Source: an uncultured virus (IMG/VR IMGVR_UViG_3300016474_001145) | Lineage: Duplodnaviria > Heunggongvirae > Uroviricota > Caudoviricetes | IMG/VR virus record: IMGVR_UViG_3300016474_001145 | Span: 1-64,000 of that record | Strand: one strand, 5' to 3' | Length of the DNA stretch: 64,000 nt | Shown: positions 1 to 9,366 of the stretch, piece after piece | Layout: every line of letters begins with the position of its first letter | How positions within the stretch are numbered: position 1 is the stretch's first letter | The notes under the pieces: model-generated | The model's input: the letters and a program-made list of their open reading frames with translations, nothing else | Told to the model about the DNA's origin: nothing | Databases searched by the model: none | Position numbers and translations under genes: made by a program

Positions 1-612
1 TGGAAGTATCAGTATGATAGATACAATGATGTATATCGTTGGCTTCCATTGAATGGGGACATTGCCGGATTGACAGCTAGATCAGATTTTGTTGCTGATC
101 CTTGGTTCTCACCTGCAGGATTCAACAGAGGCGGTATTAAGAATGTAGTTAAATTAGCTTACTCGCCAAGCAAAGCTGACAGAGATACATTGTATAGATC
201 AGGTATAAATCCTGTAGTTACTTTCCCGGGTCAGGGAACAGTATTATTTGGCGACAAAACTTTGCTTACAAGACCGAGCGCATTTGATAGAATTAACGTA
301 AGAAGATTGTTCATTGTTCTGGAAAAAGCAATTGCAACCGCAGCTAAGTTTCAGTTGTTTGAATTTAATGATGCCTTTACTAGAGCACAATTTAGAAATC
401 TAGTTGAACCATATCTAAGAGATGTTCAAGGCAGAAGAGGTGTTACTGACTTCAGAGTAATTTGTGATGAAACTAATAATACTGGCGAAGTGATTGATAG
501 AAATGAATTTGTTGCTGATATTTTTGTCAAACCTGCTAGAGCAATTAATTTTATTCAATTGAATTTTGTAGCTACTAGAACAGGCATAGCATTTGAAGAA
601 GTTGGCGCTTAA
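1..612 (+). CDS. gp18: Tail sheath protein, C-terminal part (truncated by window start)
   Basis: Frame open from base 1; PWFSPAG, INPV, RINVRRL, FEFNDAFTR and FIQLNFVA motifs typical of T4 gp18; precedes tail tube. Confidence 0.96.
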   Translation, partial: WKYQYDRYNDVYRWLPLNGDIAGLTARSDFVADPWFSPAGFNRGGIKNVVKLAYSPSKADRDTLYRSGINPVVTFPGQGTVLFGDKTLLTRPSAFDRINVRRLFIVLEKAIATAAKFQLFEFNDAFTRAQFRNLVEPYLRDVQGRRGVTDFRVICDETNNTGEVIDRNEFVADIFVKPARAINFIQLNFVATRTGIAFEEVGA

Positions 613-628
613 TTTAGGAGAGAAGTAA

Positions 629-1210
629 ATGTCAACCGCATTTAATGTAGAAAGATTCAAAGCTGCCTTAACTAATGGCGGGGCAAGACCGAATCAATTT
701 GCTGTACAGCTAAGTTTCCCGACCTATGTGGCCGGGCAGGCAAACGCTGTTGCAAGAGCGCCCTTTTTAGTAACAGCTGCAGAATTACCAGGACAGACTA
801 TAGGTGTTACTACAACATTCTATAGAGGACGTCCAGTACAGTTAGCAGGAGATAGAACATTTGCTCCATTTACTATTAATGTAATTAATGATTCTGATTT
901 TTCTATAAGATCAGCGATGGAGCAATGGATGAATGGTATGGAAGATCGTATTAATAAGGTTGGAAGATTAGTACCATCTGAATACCAAAGAGATATGCTA
1001 ATTTATCAGTTAGATAGAAATGGTAAAGTACTTAAAGAATATAAATTGCTTGGCGCTTTTCCAATTTCAGTAAGTCCTGTTGCTTTAAACTTTCAATCAA
1101 ATGATCAAATCTCAGATACAGCAGTTACTTTTGAGTATCAGACATTTACAGTTTCAAGCAATCCATTGAGCACAATTATTGACTTTGCATTATCACCTTT
1201 TAATACTTAA
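629..1210 (+). CDS. gp19: Tail tube protein
   Basis: GGARPNQF, ELPG, AGDRTF, QLDRNG motifs; sits between sheath and portal. Confidence 0.93.
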   Translation: MSTAFNVERFKAALTNGGARPNQFAVQLSFPTYVAGQANAVARAPFLVTAAELPGQTIGVTTTFYRGRPVQLAGDRTFAPFTINVINDSDFSIRSAMEQWMNGMEDRINKVGRLVPSEYQRDMLIYQLDRNGKVLKEYKLLGAFPISVSPVALNFQSNDQISDTAVTFEYQTFTVSSNPLSTIIDFALSPFNT

Positions 1211-1216
1211 TAAAAT

Positions 1217-2734
1217 ATGGCAATTTCGTTATTTGGATTTACAATATCTCGTAATGAGGTGAATGATTTAGGAACTAAGGCTCAATCCTTTATTACGCCT
1301 GAACCTGAAGATGGTGCAGCTACAGTATCGGGTGCCGGATATTACGGTACTTATGTAGATTTAGATGCATCCTCTAAATCAGAAGCAGAACTTATTACGA
1401 GATACAGAGAGGCAGCTATGTATGCAGATGCCTCTACTGCTGTGGATGAAATAGTTACTGAGGCTATAGCAGCTACTGACAATGAGGACGCCGTATCAAT
1501 TAACTTAGATAGTTCAGATTTACCAGAGAGTATTAAGGATTCTATTAAAATAGAATTTCAAGAAGTTCTTAGATTATTAAATTTTAATTATAAAGGTTAT
1601 GACTGGTTTAGGCAATGGTATGTTGATGGCAGAATTTATTTTCAAAAGGTCATTGATACAACTAACCCAAAAAGAGGTATAGTTGAATTAAGAAATATTG
1701 ATCCTAGAAAAATTAGAAAAGTAAGAAAAGTTGACAAGCAAAAAGATCAGAAAACTGGTGCTGACTTAATTAAAAATATAGATGAATTTTTTATCTATAA
1801 TGATAAGGGAATAAATTATAATCCTCAGTATTCTATGGCAGCAGTATCTAATCAGTCTTTAAGATTGTCAACTGATTCGGTAGTGTATGTTCCATCTGGT
1901 ATGATGGATTTAGAAAAACATGTCGTATTAGGATATTTGCATAAAGCAATTAAACCTATAAATCAGTTAAAGATGATGGAAGATGCTCTGGTAATTTATA
2001 GATTATCTAGAGCTCCCGAGAGAAGAATTTTTTATATTGATGTTGGCAATTTACCGAAAGTTAAAGCAGAACAATATTTAAAAGATGTTATGGCAAGATA
2101 TCGTAACAAAATTGTCTACGATTCCGCTACTGGTGAAATAAGAGACGATAGAAAATTTATGTCGATGCTTGAGGATTTTTGGTTACCGAGAAGAGAGGGT
2201 GGTAGAGGCACTGAAATTACCACTTTACCTGGCGGTGAAAACCTAGGGCAGATTGAAGATATAAATTATTTTCAGCAAAAGGTATACCAAGCATTAAATG
2301 TACCTATATCTAGAATGCAACCTCAAAATGGATTGCAGTTTGGTAGAGCTGAAGAAATTACTAGAGACGAATTAAAATTTGCTAAATTCGTTTCTCGTCT
2401 TCGTAAAAAGTTTAATGAATTGTTTTTAGATGTATTAAAAACTAATCTAGTTTTAAAGGGTGTTATAACTGATAATGACTGGAAAGTTATCGGTGAAAAG
2501 ATACAAGTAAGATATGCACAAGATCAGTATTTTTCTGAAATGAAGGAAGCTGATAACCTTAGAAATAGAGTAGATGTACTTAATCAGATACAACCTTACA
2601 TTGGCACATTCTTTAGTAAACGATATGTTATGAAAAATATTCTAAGAATGACAGATGATGACATTCAGAGAATTGAAGGGGAAATTCAAACCGAAGGTCC
2701 TCAACCAATAAATAATACTATGCCTCAACAATAA
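1217..2734 (+). CDS. gp20: Portal vertex protein
   Basis: YRLSRAPERRIFYIDVGNLPK, MLEDFWLPRREGGRGTEITTLPG. Confidence 0.97.
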   Translation: MAISLFGFTISRNEVNDLGTKAQSFITPEPEDGAATVSGAGYYGTYVDLDASSKSEAELITRYREAAMYADASTAVDEIVTEAIAATDNEDAVSINLDSSDLPESIKDSIKIEFQEVLRLLNFNYKGYDWFRQWYVDGRIYFQKVIDTTNPKRGIVELRNIDPRKIRKVRKVDKQKDQKTGADLIKNIDEFFIYNDKGINYNPQYSMAAVSNQSLRLSTDSVVYVPSGMMDLEKHVVLGYLHKAIKPINQLKMMEDALVIYRLSRAPERRIFYIDVGNLPKVKAEQYLKDVMARYRNKIVYDSATGEIRDDRKFMSMLEDFWLPRREGGRGTEITTLPGGENLGQIEDINYFQQKVYQALNVPISRMQPQNGLQFGRAEEITRDELKFAKFVSRLRKKFNELFLDVLKTNLVLKGVITDNDWKVIGEKIQVRYAQDQYFSEMKEADNLRNRVDVLNQIQPYIGTFFSKRYVMKNILRMTDDDIQRIEGEIQTEGPQPINNTMPQQ

Positions 2735-2743
2735 GGAAATATT

Positions 2744-2914
2744 ATGGAACAATCTGACGTAATTAGACACATGGTAAATGATATATTATCTGATAAATCT
2801 GCTGATGCAATGGAAAAATTTAATTCAATGATGGCAGTAAGAGTTAGTGATGCTTTAGACACAAAGAAACAAGATTTGGCTTCTACTTTGTATAAGGATA
2901 ACAAAGAAGAATGA
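2744..2914 (+). CDS. Small prohead core protein (gp67-like), 56 aa, not in ORF track
   Basis: Own translation MEQSDVIRHMVNDILSDK...KEE*; AAGGA RBS; position after portal. Confidence 0.6.
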   Translation: MEQSDVIRHMVNDILSDKSADAMEKFNSMMAVRVSDALDTKKQDLASTLYKDNKEE

Positions 2915-3102
2915 AAAATTTTAATGCCTTTAGAGAGGAAAGTCTTTTAGAAAAACTAAAGGCGTCTGATCCTGCAGGCGATTGGATACATGATTTTGTC
3001 CATAGTGACAATCCTAAATTTGCTGGTAAAAGCAAAAAAGAAAGAATTCGTATGGCTCTAGGTGCAAAGTATGGTGCTATGCGCAAAGATAAAAAGGATT
3101 AA
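2911..3102 (+). CDS. Small hypothetical protein of head cluster
   Basis: ATGA overlap with previous ORF; basic 63 aa. Confidence 0.6.
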   Translation: MKNFNAFREESLLEKLKASDPAGDWIHDFVHSDNPKFAGKSKKERIRMALGAKYGAMRKDKKD

Positions 3103-3105
3103 TAA

Positions 3106-3501
3106 ATGGGAAGCAAAACCGTACTAAAGAAAACCAGACAACAGGCCATTGTAAAGTTGGTAGGTACTGGTAGTTATACCATTACTCCTTTAGATGTAAA
3201 ACTTGCAGATGAGACTGTTGCAAGTAATGGTAATGTAACTATGAATATTAATAGTGTTATATATTCTTTAGTTGGTGCTACAGCATCTACAGTTGCAAGG
3301 GGCGCTACAACAGTTATGGAATTAACTGGTAATGACAATTGGTCCTTTTCTCAGATGATGGGTTTCGTGGAAAACGAGTCCAACGCTTCAAATATTACTG
3401 TTACTTTAAATGGCGGCGGTATGATTTATATGGGTATTACTAAATCAGATGGATTTACTGAACCTAATAACCAAGCATTAAAAGACTATCAGAAGATCTA
3501 A
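3106..3501 (+). CDS. Hypothetical head-cluster protein
   Basis: 131 aa ORF with RBS, directly upstream of gp21. Confidence 0.65.
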   Translation: MGSKTVLKKTRQQAIVKLVGTGSYTITPLDVKLADETVASNGNVTMNINSVIYSLVGATASTVARGATTVMELTGNDNWSFSQMMGFVENESNASNITVTLNGGGMIYMGITKSDGFTEPNNQALKDYQKI

Positions 3502-3502
3502 A

Positions 3503-4147
3503 ATGAAACTAATTACAGAAGTTACACAAGATTTAAATTACTTGACTGAAGAATCTAATGGTAAGAAAAATGTCTTCATCGAGGGCATTTTTATGCAGGC
3601 AGATAAGCAAAACCGCAATGGTAGAATTTATCCTCTATCTGTAATGGAAAAGGAAGTCCAAAGATATCAAGGGCTAATAGAACAAAAGCGTTCTTTAGGG
3701 GAACTTGGTCATCCTTCCAATCCTACTATTAATCTTAATCAAGTATCGCATCTTATCTCTGAGCTAAAATTTGATGGTACAAATGTGATTGGCAGAGCTA
3801 AGATTCTTGAAACACCTATGGGTAAGATTGCAAGAAACTTTATAGAAGAAGGAGTAATGCTAGGTGTATCTTCTAGAGGTTTAGGTTCATTAAAAGAAAG
3901 AAATGGTGTTATGGAAGTTCAAGACGACTTTCATCTAGCAACCGTTGATATAGTGTCAGATCCTAGTGGTCCAGAATGCTTTGTCAATGGTATTATGGAA
4001 GGATCTGAATGGGCACTTAACAATGGTCAATGGGTTATGCTCAAATATGATGTGGATAAGATAGTTAAAGAAACTAAATTAGATAGAAAAAAAAGAGAAG
4101 ATGCGTTATTGGAATTTTTAAATAATTTTCTTAATAGAATAAAATGA
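3503..4147 (+). CDS. gp21: Prohead core protease
   Basis: NRNGRIYP, LGELGHP, GVSSRGLGSL, DIVSDPS. Confidence 0.95.
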   Translation: MKLITEVTQDLNYLTEESNGKKNVFIEGIFMQADKQNRNGRIYPLSVMEKEVQRYQGLIEQKRSLGELGHPSNPTINLNQVSHLISELKFDGTNVIGRAKILETPMGKIARNFIEEGVMLGVSSRGLGSLKERNGVMEVQDDFHLATVDIVSDPSGPECFVNGIMEGSEWALNNGQWVMLKYDVDKIVKETKLDRKKREDALLEFLNNFLNRIK

Positions 4148-4833
4148 TATATCATTTTACTTATATAACTGCCAGCGACTATGGATTTTTTTATGTTGGT
4201 CGACATTCTACTAAAAATTTAAAAGATGGGTATCAAGGTTCGGGAAAATGGATAAAATTATGCAAAAAATATAAGGTACCATTACATACAAGAATACTTA
4301 ATTTTTATGATAATCTTCAGGATTTAAAAAATGCCGAGGAAGTCTTAATAGAAAATTATTACTGCTTTGAAGGAAATATGAATCTTAGTGTTGTTAGTAG
4401 TGGATTTCCTGTAGGAGATAAAAATCCTGCCAAGAGGAAAGAAGTAATTGCTAAAAGACCGCAAAACAACAAGGGAGCAAAAACAAGTTGGTTTTGTGAT
4501 CCGAAAAGAACTAATCCTGGCGCCTTAGAATATAATAGAATCAAGAATAGCTATTTTATGAAAAATTTATGGCAAAATCCTGAGTATAGAAAAAACAAAA
4601 TTGATAACCATCATATGAAAAAAGACTTATATAAAGAAAACTTTAGAATTAATAATCCCATGTTTAATACTGAAGTTAAAGAAAAAGTGAGATCAAAAAT
4701 ATTACAAAGTGTATTAGATGGCACCCATAATAGTAAGATTTTATTAGAATGTCCAACCTGCAAAAAGATAACATCTAAACCAAATGCTTCAAGATGGCAT
4801 TTCAACAGATGTAAATTCTTAAGGCAACCATAA
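4144..4833 (+). CDS. Free-standing GIY-YIG (Seg-like) homing endonuclease
   Basis: FTY-x-FYVGRHS...GYQGSG N-terminal module, basic body, C-terminal CPTC...RWHFNRC; inserted between gp21 and gp22. Confidence 0.8.
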   Translation: MIYHFTYITASDYGFFYVGRHSTKNLKDGYQGSGKWIKLCKKYKVPLHTRILNFYDNLQDLKNAEEVLIENYYCFEGNMNLSVVSSGFPVGDKNPAKRKEVIAKRPQNNKGAKTSWFCDPKRTNPGALEYNRIKNSYFMKNLWQNPEYRKNKIDNHHMKKDLYKENFRINNPMFNTEVKEKVRSKILQSVLDGTHNSKILLECPTCKKITSKPNASRWHFNRCKFLRQP

Positions 4834-4834
4834 T

Positions 4835-4842
4835 TATAAATA
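4835..4842 (+). promoter_or_regulatory. T4-type late promoter
   Basis: TATAAATA upstream of gp22. Confidence 0.8.
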
Positions 4843-4872
4843 ATAGATAAATTCCATTTAGGAGACAAGTAA

Positions 4873-6015
4873 ATGTCAGTAGAAAGCAAAATTAAAGAAT
4901 TGCTTGGTCGTGTTGAGACTAGAGCAACTCTTGACGAAGCTGATAAAATGGGTGCAGATACCGTTAAAAAGGATTCCACCTTGAAACCTGCTAATTCAGG
5001 AGATGCTTCTAATCCAACCCAAGGATCATCAGAGAAAGCTTCGTTTGAAACTAGGGAAGGTGATGCTGATGAAAATCAAGGAGCTAAAGTATCTGCTACA
5101 ACTCCTAAAGCAACACCTCCACAGGCTAAAGGCGCAGGCCCAACACCAAACTTCACAACTGTTGCTGATCTAACAGCTTCTGCTACAGGCAAAAACCCTA
5201 CTGGCAATAAACCAATGGGCGAAGAAACTGAAGAGGATGGCGAAACGGTTGATGCAGAAGAAACTTCAGAAATTGAAGCAATTGATTTATCGCCAATCTT
5301 CGGTGATAATCTTTCTGAAGATTTCAAAACTAAGGCTACCGCTATTTTCGAAGCAGCAGTTATTGCTCGAGTAAACCATGAGATGGAAAAAGTAACTGAG
5401 CAACTAGAGGCAAAATATGAAGAAGATTTTGCTGAATTAAGAGAAGGTATGGTCGAGAAGATTGACTCCTATCTTAATTATGTAGTTGAGCAGTGGATGG
5501 AAGAAAATGAATTAGCTCTTGAATCCGGTCTTCGTACAGAAATCGCAGAAGACTTTATTAGTGGATTGAAGAATTTATTCAAGGAACATTATGTAGAAGT
5601 TCCTGAAGAAAAATATGATGTAATCGGTGAGTTGCAAGCTAAAGCCGAAGAGCTAGAGCAGAAGTTAAACGAAGCTATCAATATTAATGTTGATCTAAAT
5701 AGCGAAGTCGTTGAACTAAAGCGTAAGTCTATTCTAGAAGATTTGTCTAAAGATTTAGCTGATACTGAAACAGTTAAATTGCATAAGTTAGTAGAAGGTA
5801 TTACTTTTGATGACGAAGAAGTATACGCAGAAAAAGTTGCCGTTATCAAGGAAAATTACTTTCCAAAAGGTAAATCCAAAATAACTGAAGCTACAACAAG
5901 TCAGACTTTAGTTGAAGATGCATCTGAAGCAAACGACAATACTTTAGTTGAATCTACTCCTAGTACTGTCGCAGCTTATGCACAAGCACTAACAAGATCA
6001 ATCAAACGTGCTTAA
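4873..6015 (+). CDS. gp22: Prohead core scaffold protein
   Basis: Acidic; LSEDFKTKATAIFEAAV, YLNYVVEQW; precedes gp23. Confidence 0.93.
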   Translation: MSVESKIKELLGRVETRATLDEADKMGADTVKKDSTLKPANSGDASNPTQGSSEKASFETREGDADENQGAKVSATTPKATPPQAKGAGPTPNFTTVADLTASATGKNPTGNKPMGEETEEDGETVDAEETSEIEAIDLSPIFGDNLSEDFKTKATAIFEAAVIARVNHEMEKVTEQLEAKYEEDFAELREGMVEKIDSYLNYVVEQWMEENELALESGLRTEIAEDFISGLKNLFKEHYVEVPEEKYDVIGELQAKAEELEQKLNEAININVDLNSEVVELKRKSILEDLSKDLADTETVKLHKLVEGITFDDEEVYAEKVAVIKENYFPKGKSKITEATTSQTLVEDASEANDNTLVESTPSTVAAYAQALTRSIKRA

Positions 6016-6017
6016 AT

Positions 6018-6025
6018 TATAAATA
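6018..6025 (+). promoter_or_regulatory. T4-type late promoter
   Basis: TATAAATA upstream of gp23. Confidence 0.8.
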
Positions 6026-6055
6026 AAAAATAGGTTTTGTTCATAGGAGAACACA

Positions 6056-7357
6056 ATGTTTTTAGCAGAAAATCTACAACAAAAGTGGGCAGCAATTCTG
6101 GACCACCCAGATTTGCCTAAAATTCAAGATGCATATAAGAGAACAGTAACATCTGTTCTTTTAGAAAATCAGGAAAGAGCTTTGCGTGAAGAGCGTCAAG
6201 CACTTTTCGAAACACCAACAAACAACATTGCTCAAGATACAGCTGCAATTCAAAAGTATGATCCAATTATGATTGGTCTAGTACGTCGTGCTATGCCTAA
6301 TCTAATGGCATATGACATTTGCGGTGTTCAGCCAATGACAGGCCCAACAGGCTTGATCTTTGCAATGCGTTCCATGTACGGTGGTTCTGGAGATACCCGT
6401 TCCAATACTGAGACTCGTGTTGAAGCTCTATACAACGAAGCTGATACAGATTGGTCAGGTGCTGGTACTCACTCTGGTGCTATTGCTAATATTCTAGCTA
6501 CTGGTTCTTATACAACTGGTACAGCAAATACATTGGCTGCTGTTGAAGCTGCTCAAGACTTTGCTGAAATGTCTTTCAGTATTGATAAGACAACAGTTAC
6601 TGCTAAGTCCCGTGCTTTGAAGGCAGAGTACACAGTTGAATTGGCACAAGACTTGAAGGCAATTCATGGTCTTGATGCTGAAGCAGAACTCTCAAACATC
6701 CTATCACAGGAATTCATGTTTGAGATTAACCGTGAAATCGTTCGCTTAATCTACAAAGTAGCCAAGACAGGTTCACCTTCAACAGCTAGCGCAGGAACAT
6801 TTGACCTAGACGTTGATTCTAATGGTCGTTGGTCTGTAGAGCGTTTCAAAGGTCTTCTATTTAATATCGAACGCGATGCTAATCACATTGCTCAAGATAC
6901 TCGTAGAGGAAAGGGCAACTTCATCGTATGTTCAGCAGACGTAGCTTCTGCATTAGCAATGTCTGGTGTTCTAGACTATGCTCCTGCTCTAGCATCAAAT
7001 GCTAGTTTAAACGTTGATGATACAGGTAATACATTTGCAGGTGTTCTAAATGGACGTTATCGTGTTTATATCGATCCATACACTGGCAACCTAGGTGCAG
7101 CAAATCAATTCTACGTAGTTGGTTATAAGGGTGCTAGCCCATATGATGCTGGTCTATTCTATTGCCCATATGTTCCACTACAAATGGTACGTGCAATTGA
7201 TCCTAATAGCTTCCAGCCAAAGATTGGCTTCAAGACACGTTATGGTCTAATTGCTAACCCATATGTTACTACAGCTGCAGGTGCTAACGATGCAGATAGC
7301 TTCACAGCTAACCGCAATCAGTACTATCGCAAGACCCGTGTAGTTAACCTAATGTAA
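6056..7357 (+). CDS. gp23: Major capsid protein
   Basis: GVQPMTGPTGLIFAMR, KSRALKAEYT, YCPYVPLQM, FQPKIGFKTRYG. Confidence 0.98.
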   Translation: MFLAENLQQKWAAILDHPDLPKIQDAYKRTVTSVLLENQERALREERQALFETPTNNIAQDTAAIQKYDPIMIGLVRRAMPNLMAYDICGVQPMTGPTGLIFAMRSMYGGSGDTRSNTETRVEALYNEADTDWSGAGTHSGAIANILATGSYTTGTANTLAAVEAAQDFAEMSFSIDKTTVTAKSRALKAEYTVELAQDLKAIHGLDAEAELSNILSQEFMFEINREIVRLIYKVAKTGSPSTASAGTFDLDVDSNGRWSVERFKGLLFNIERDANHIAQDTRRGKGNFIVCSADVASALAMSGVLDYAPALASNASLNVDDTGNTFAGVLNGRYRVYIDPYTGNLGAANQFYVVGYKGASPYDAGLFYCPYVPLQMVRAIDPNSFQPKIGFKTRYGLIANPYVTTAAGANDADSFTANRNQYYRKTRVVNLM

Positions 7358-7383
7358 ATATTGAACCGGCGCAGATCGGGATT

Positions 7384-7410
7384 AGGGGGATTTTTAATCC
7401 CCCTTTTTTT
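7384..7410 (+). terminator. Rho-independent terminator after gp23
   Basis: AGGGGGATT-ttt-AATCCCCCT stem followed by T run. Confidence 0.85.
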
Positions 7411-7413
7411 CTT

Positions 7414-7421
7414 TATAAATA
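7414..7421 (+). promoter_or_regulatory. T4-type late promoter
   Basis: TATAAATA upstream of gp3. Confidence 0.75.
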
Positions 7422-7438
7422 ATGGGAAGGAGTATTAA

Positions 7439-8026
7439 ATGGCATTTACAGCAAACTTAAGTGTGGTGAGTTCAAATTATGAATTAAGTAAACCTACCAC
7501 GTATGATTTTCTTAGACCTAACGCGTTTAGATTTACTATTAAAGATTTACCAAACGCATCATATACTTGTCAGTCTGCAAATTTGCCAGCATTAGCACTT
7601 GGATTCGCCCAACAACCTACTCCTTTTGTTGACATTCCTGTAATAGGTGATAAAATAGTATTTGGCGATTTTACTATTAGATTTTTAATATCTGAAGATA
7701 TGTCTAATTATTTGGAACTTTATACGTGGTTAATGGCTTTGGGTTTCCCTAAAAGTTATTCTCAATTCTCGAATTTCGTATTACAAAAACAAAATAGATT
7801 TCCTTTTGTGACCAATAAGTTTGGACAAACAGACGCATTGACTTATTCTGATGGCACTTTGACCATCTTGGACTCGACAAACAATCCTAAAACAAATATA
7901 ATATTTAAAGATTTATTTCCTATCTCATTAGAGGCATTAGATTTTGATGTGGCATCAGCGTCAGTAGAATATTTTACTGCGATTGCAGCATTCAAATATA
8001 GAATGTTTGAAGTAGAACAACTTTAA
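7439..8026 (+). CDS. gp3: Tail tube terminator / tail completion protein
   Basis: CQSANLP, FLISEDMSNY, FKDLFPISL; gp23-gp3-uvsY-uvsW synteny. Confidence 0.85.
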   Translation: MAFTANLSVVSSNYELSKPTTYDFLRPNAFRFTIKDLPNASYTCQSANLPALALGFAQQPTPFVDIPVIGDKIVFGDFTIRFLISEDMSNYLELYTWLMALGFPKSYSQFSNFVLQKQNRFPFVTNKFGQTDALTYSDGTLTILDSTNNPKTNIIFKDLFPISLEALDFDVASASVEYFTAIAAFKYRMFEVEQL

Positions 8027-8040
8027 CTTTTGGAGTTATT

Positions 8041-8922
8041 ATGGCTATAAAATTGGATCCTACTGCGATTAAACCACCTACCTTAAAGGTAAATCCCCCA
8101 GCACCCCCAAAACAAGATAATTCTGGTAAACTTGAAATTAGAATTGATGACCTTCGAAAAGAACGTATCTTTGTAGCAACTCCATGCTATGGCGGTATGC
8201 TCAATGAAGCGTATTTTCGTTCTGTCATTAAGTTACTAACTTTTTGTAATCAACATCAGATTCCTTTAGCATTTGGTACTATTGCTAATGAGTCATTAGT
8301 TACTCGTGCTAGAAATGTACTATTAGCTTATTTTCTACAAAGTAACTTTACACGTTTAATGTTTATTGATGCAGACATCGAGTTTCAAGTAGAAGATGTT
8401 CTGAAATTAGTAGCACATAATAAAGAGGTTGTTGTTGGAGCTTATCCGAAAAAGGGTGTCAATTGGGATAGAATTCGTGATTCTGTTCGAGGAAACGACA
8501 CACAGTTCTCAGCAAATCAAGTAGCATCTTTCGGTTCGGATTATGCTATCAATTTTAAATTCGTTAATCGAGATGCAAAACAGATTGCAATTGAAAATGG
8601 ATTGATTCGTTTACATGATGGAGCCACTGGTTTTATGATGATTAAACGAGAAGCTATTGATAAGATGATTCAAGCATATCCAGAACTCAAATATAATAAT
8701 GACCTTAATACTGGTCCGGAATTGCAAGATTATTTCTATGCTATGTTCGATACTATGATTGATCCTAAGGACAAACGCTATTTGTCTGAGGATTATACTT
8801 TCAGCCGTAGATGGCAAGACATTGGTGGAGAAATTTGGCTTGATCCAAGCATTTCTTTGAACCACTATGGTACTTTTAACTTCATGGGCAACCCAGCACA
8901 AATTATTCAAATTCAACAATAG
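8041..8922 (+). CDS. GT-A-fold (GT2-like) glycosyltransferase-like protein
   Basis: ESLVTRARN, MFIDADI (DxD), YPKK, TGFMMI, LSEDY; paralogue at 42178. Confidence 0.65.
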   Translation: MAIKLDPTAIKPPTLKVNPPAPPKQDNSGKLEIRIDDLRKERIFVATPCYGGMLNEAYFRSVIKLLTFCNQHQIPLAFGTIANESLVTRARNVLLAYFLQSNFTRLMFIDADIEFQVEDVLKLVAHNKEVVVGAYPKKGVNWDRIRDSVRGNDTQFSANQVASFGSDYAINFKFVNRDAKQIAIENGLIRLHDGATGFMMIKREAIDKMIQAYPELKYNNDLNTGPELQDYFYAMFDTMIDPKDKRYLSEDYTFSRRWQDIGGEIWLDPSISLNHYGTFNFMGNPAQIIQIQQ

Positions 8923-8925
8923 TTT

Positions 8926-9366
8926 ATGAAACTAAGTGATCTTCAGGAGATGTGGGCCGAAGATTGCAAGATTGACGAAACAAATCTTGGCAAAGAATCA
9001 GCTCGCACTCCTATACTTCATGCTAAATATATTAACTATCTTTCTTCTACACGACTTAATCTAAGAAAAACAGAATCAGATTATCTTAATTGTAGAAGAA
9101 AGAAGTACCGTTATTATCGAGGGGAAATGTCTCGTGCAGAATTAGAAGATGAGGGATGGGCCCAATGGCAAGGCACGAAACCTCTAAAAAATGAAATAGA
9201 CGAATTTCTACAAGGAGACGCAGATTTAGTTGCCCTGCAGGATAAGGTAGAATATTTTAAAACTGTTTTATATCAATTAGAAGCTATTATTAGATCACTA
9301 AATAGTAGAACATGGGATATAAAAAATACCATTGAATGGACTAAATTCACAAACGGAATGATGTGA
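8926..9366 (+). CDS. uvsY: Recombination mediator UvsY
   Basis: LHAKY, YYRG, IKNTIEW; adjacent to uvsW. Confidence 0.9.
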   Translation: MKLSDLQEMWAEDCKIDETNLGKESARTPILHAKYINYLSSTRLNLRKTESDYLNCRRKKYRYYRGEMSRAELEDEGWAQWQGTKPLKNEIDEFLQGDADLVALQDKVEYFKTVLYQLEAIIRSLNSRTWDIKNTIEWTKFTNGMM

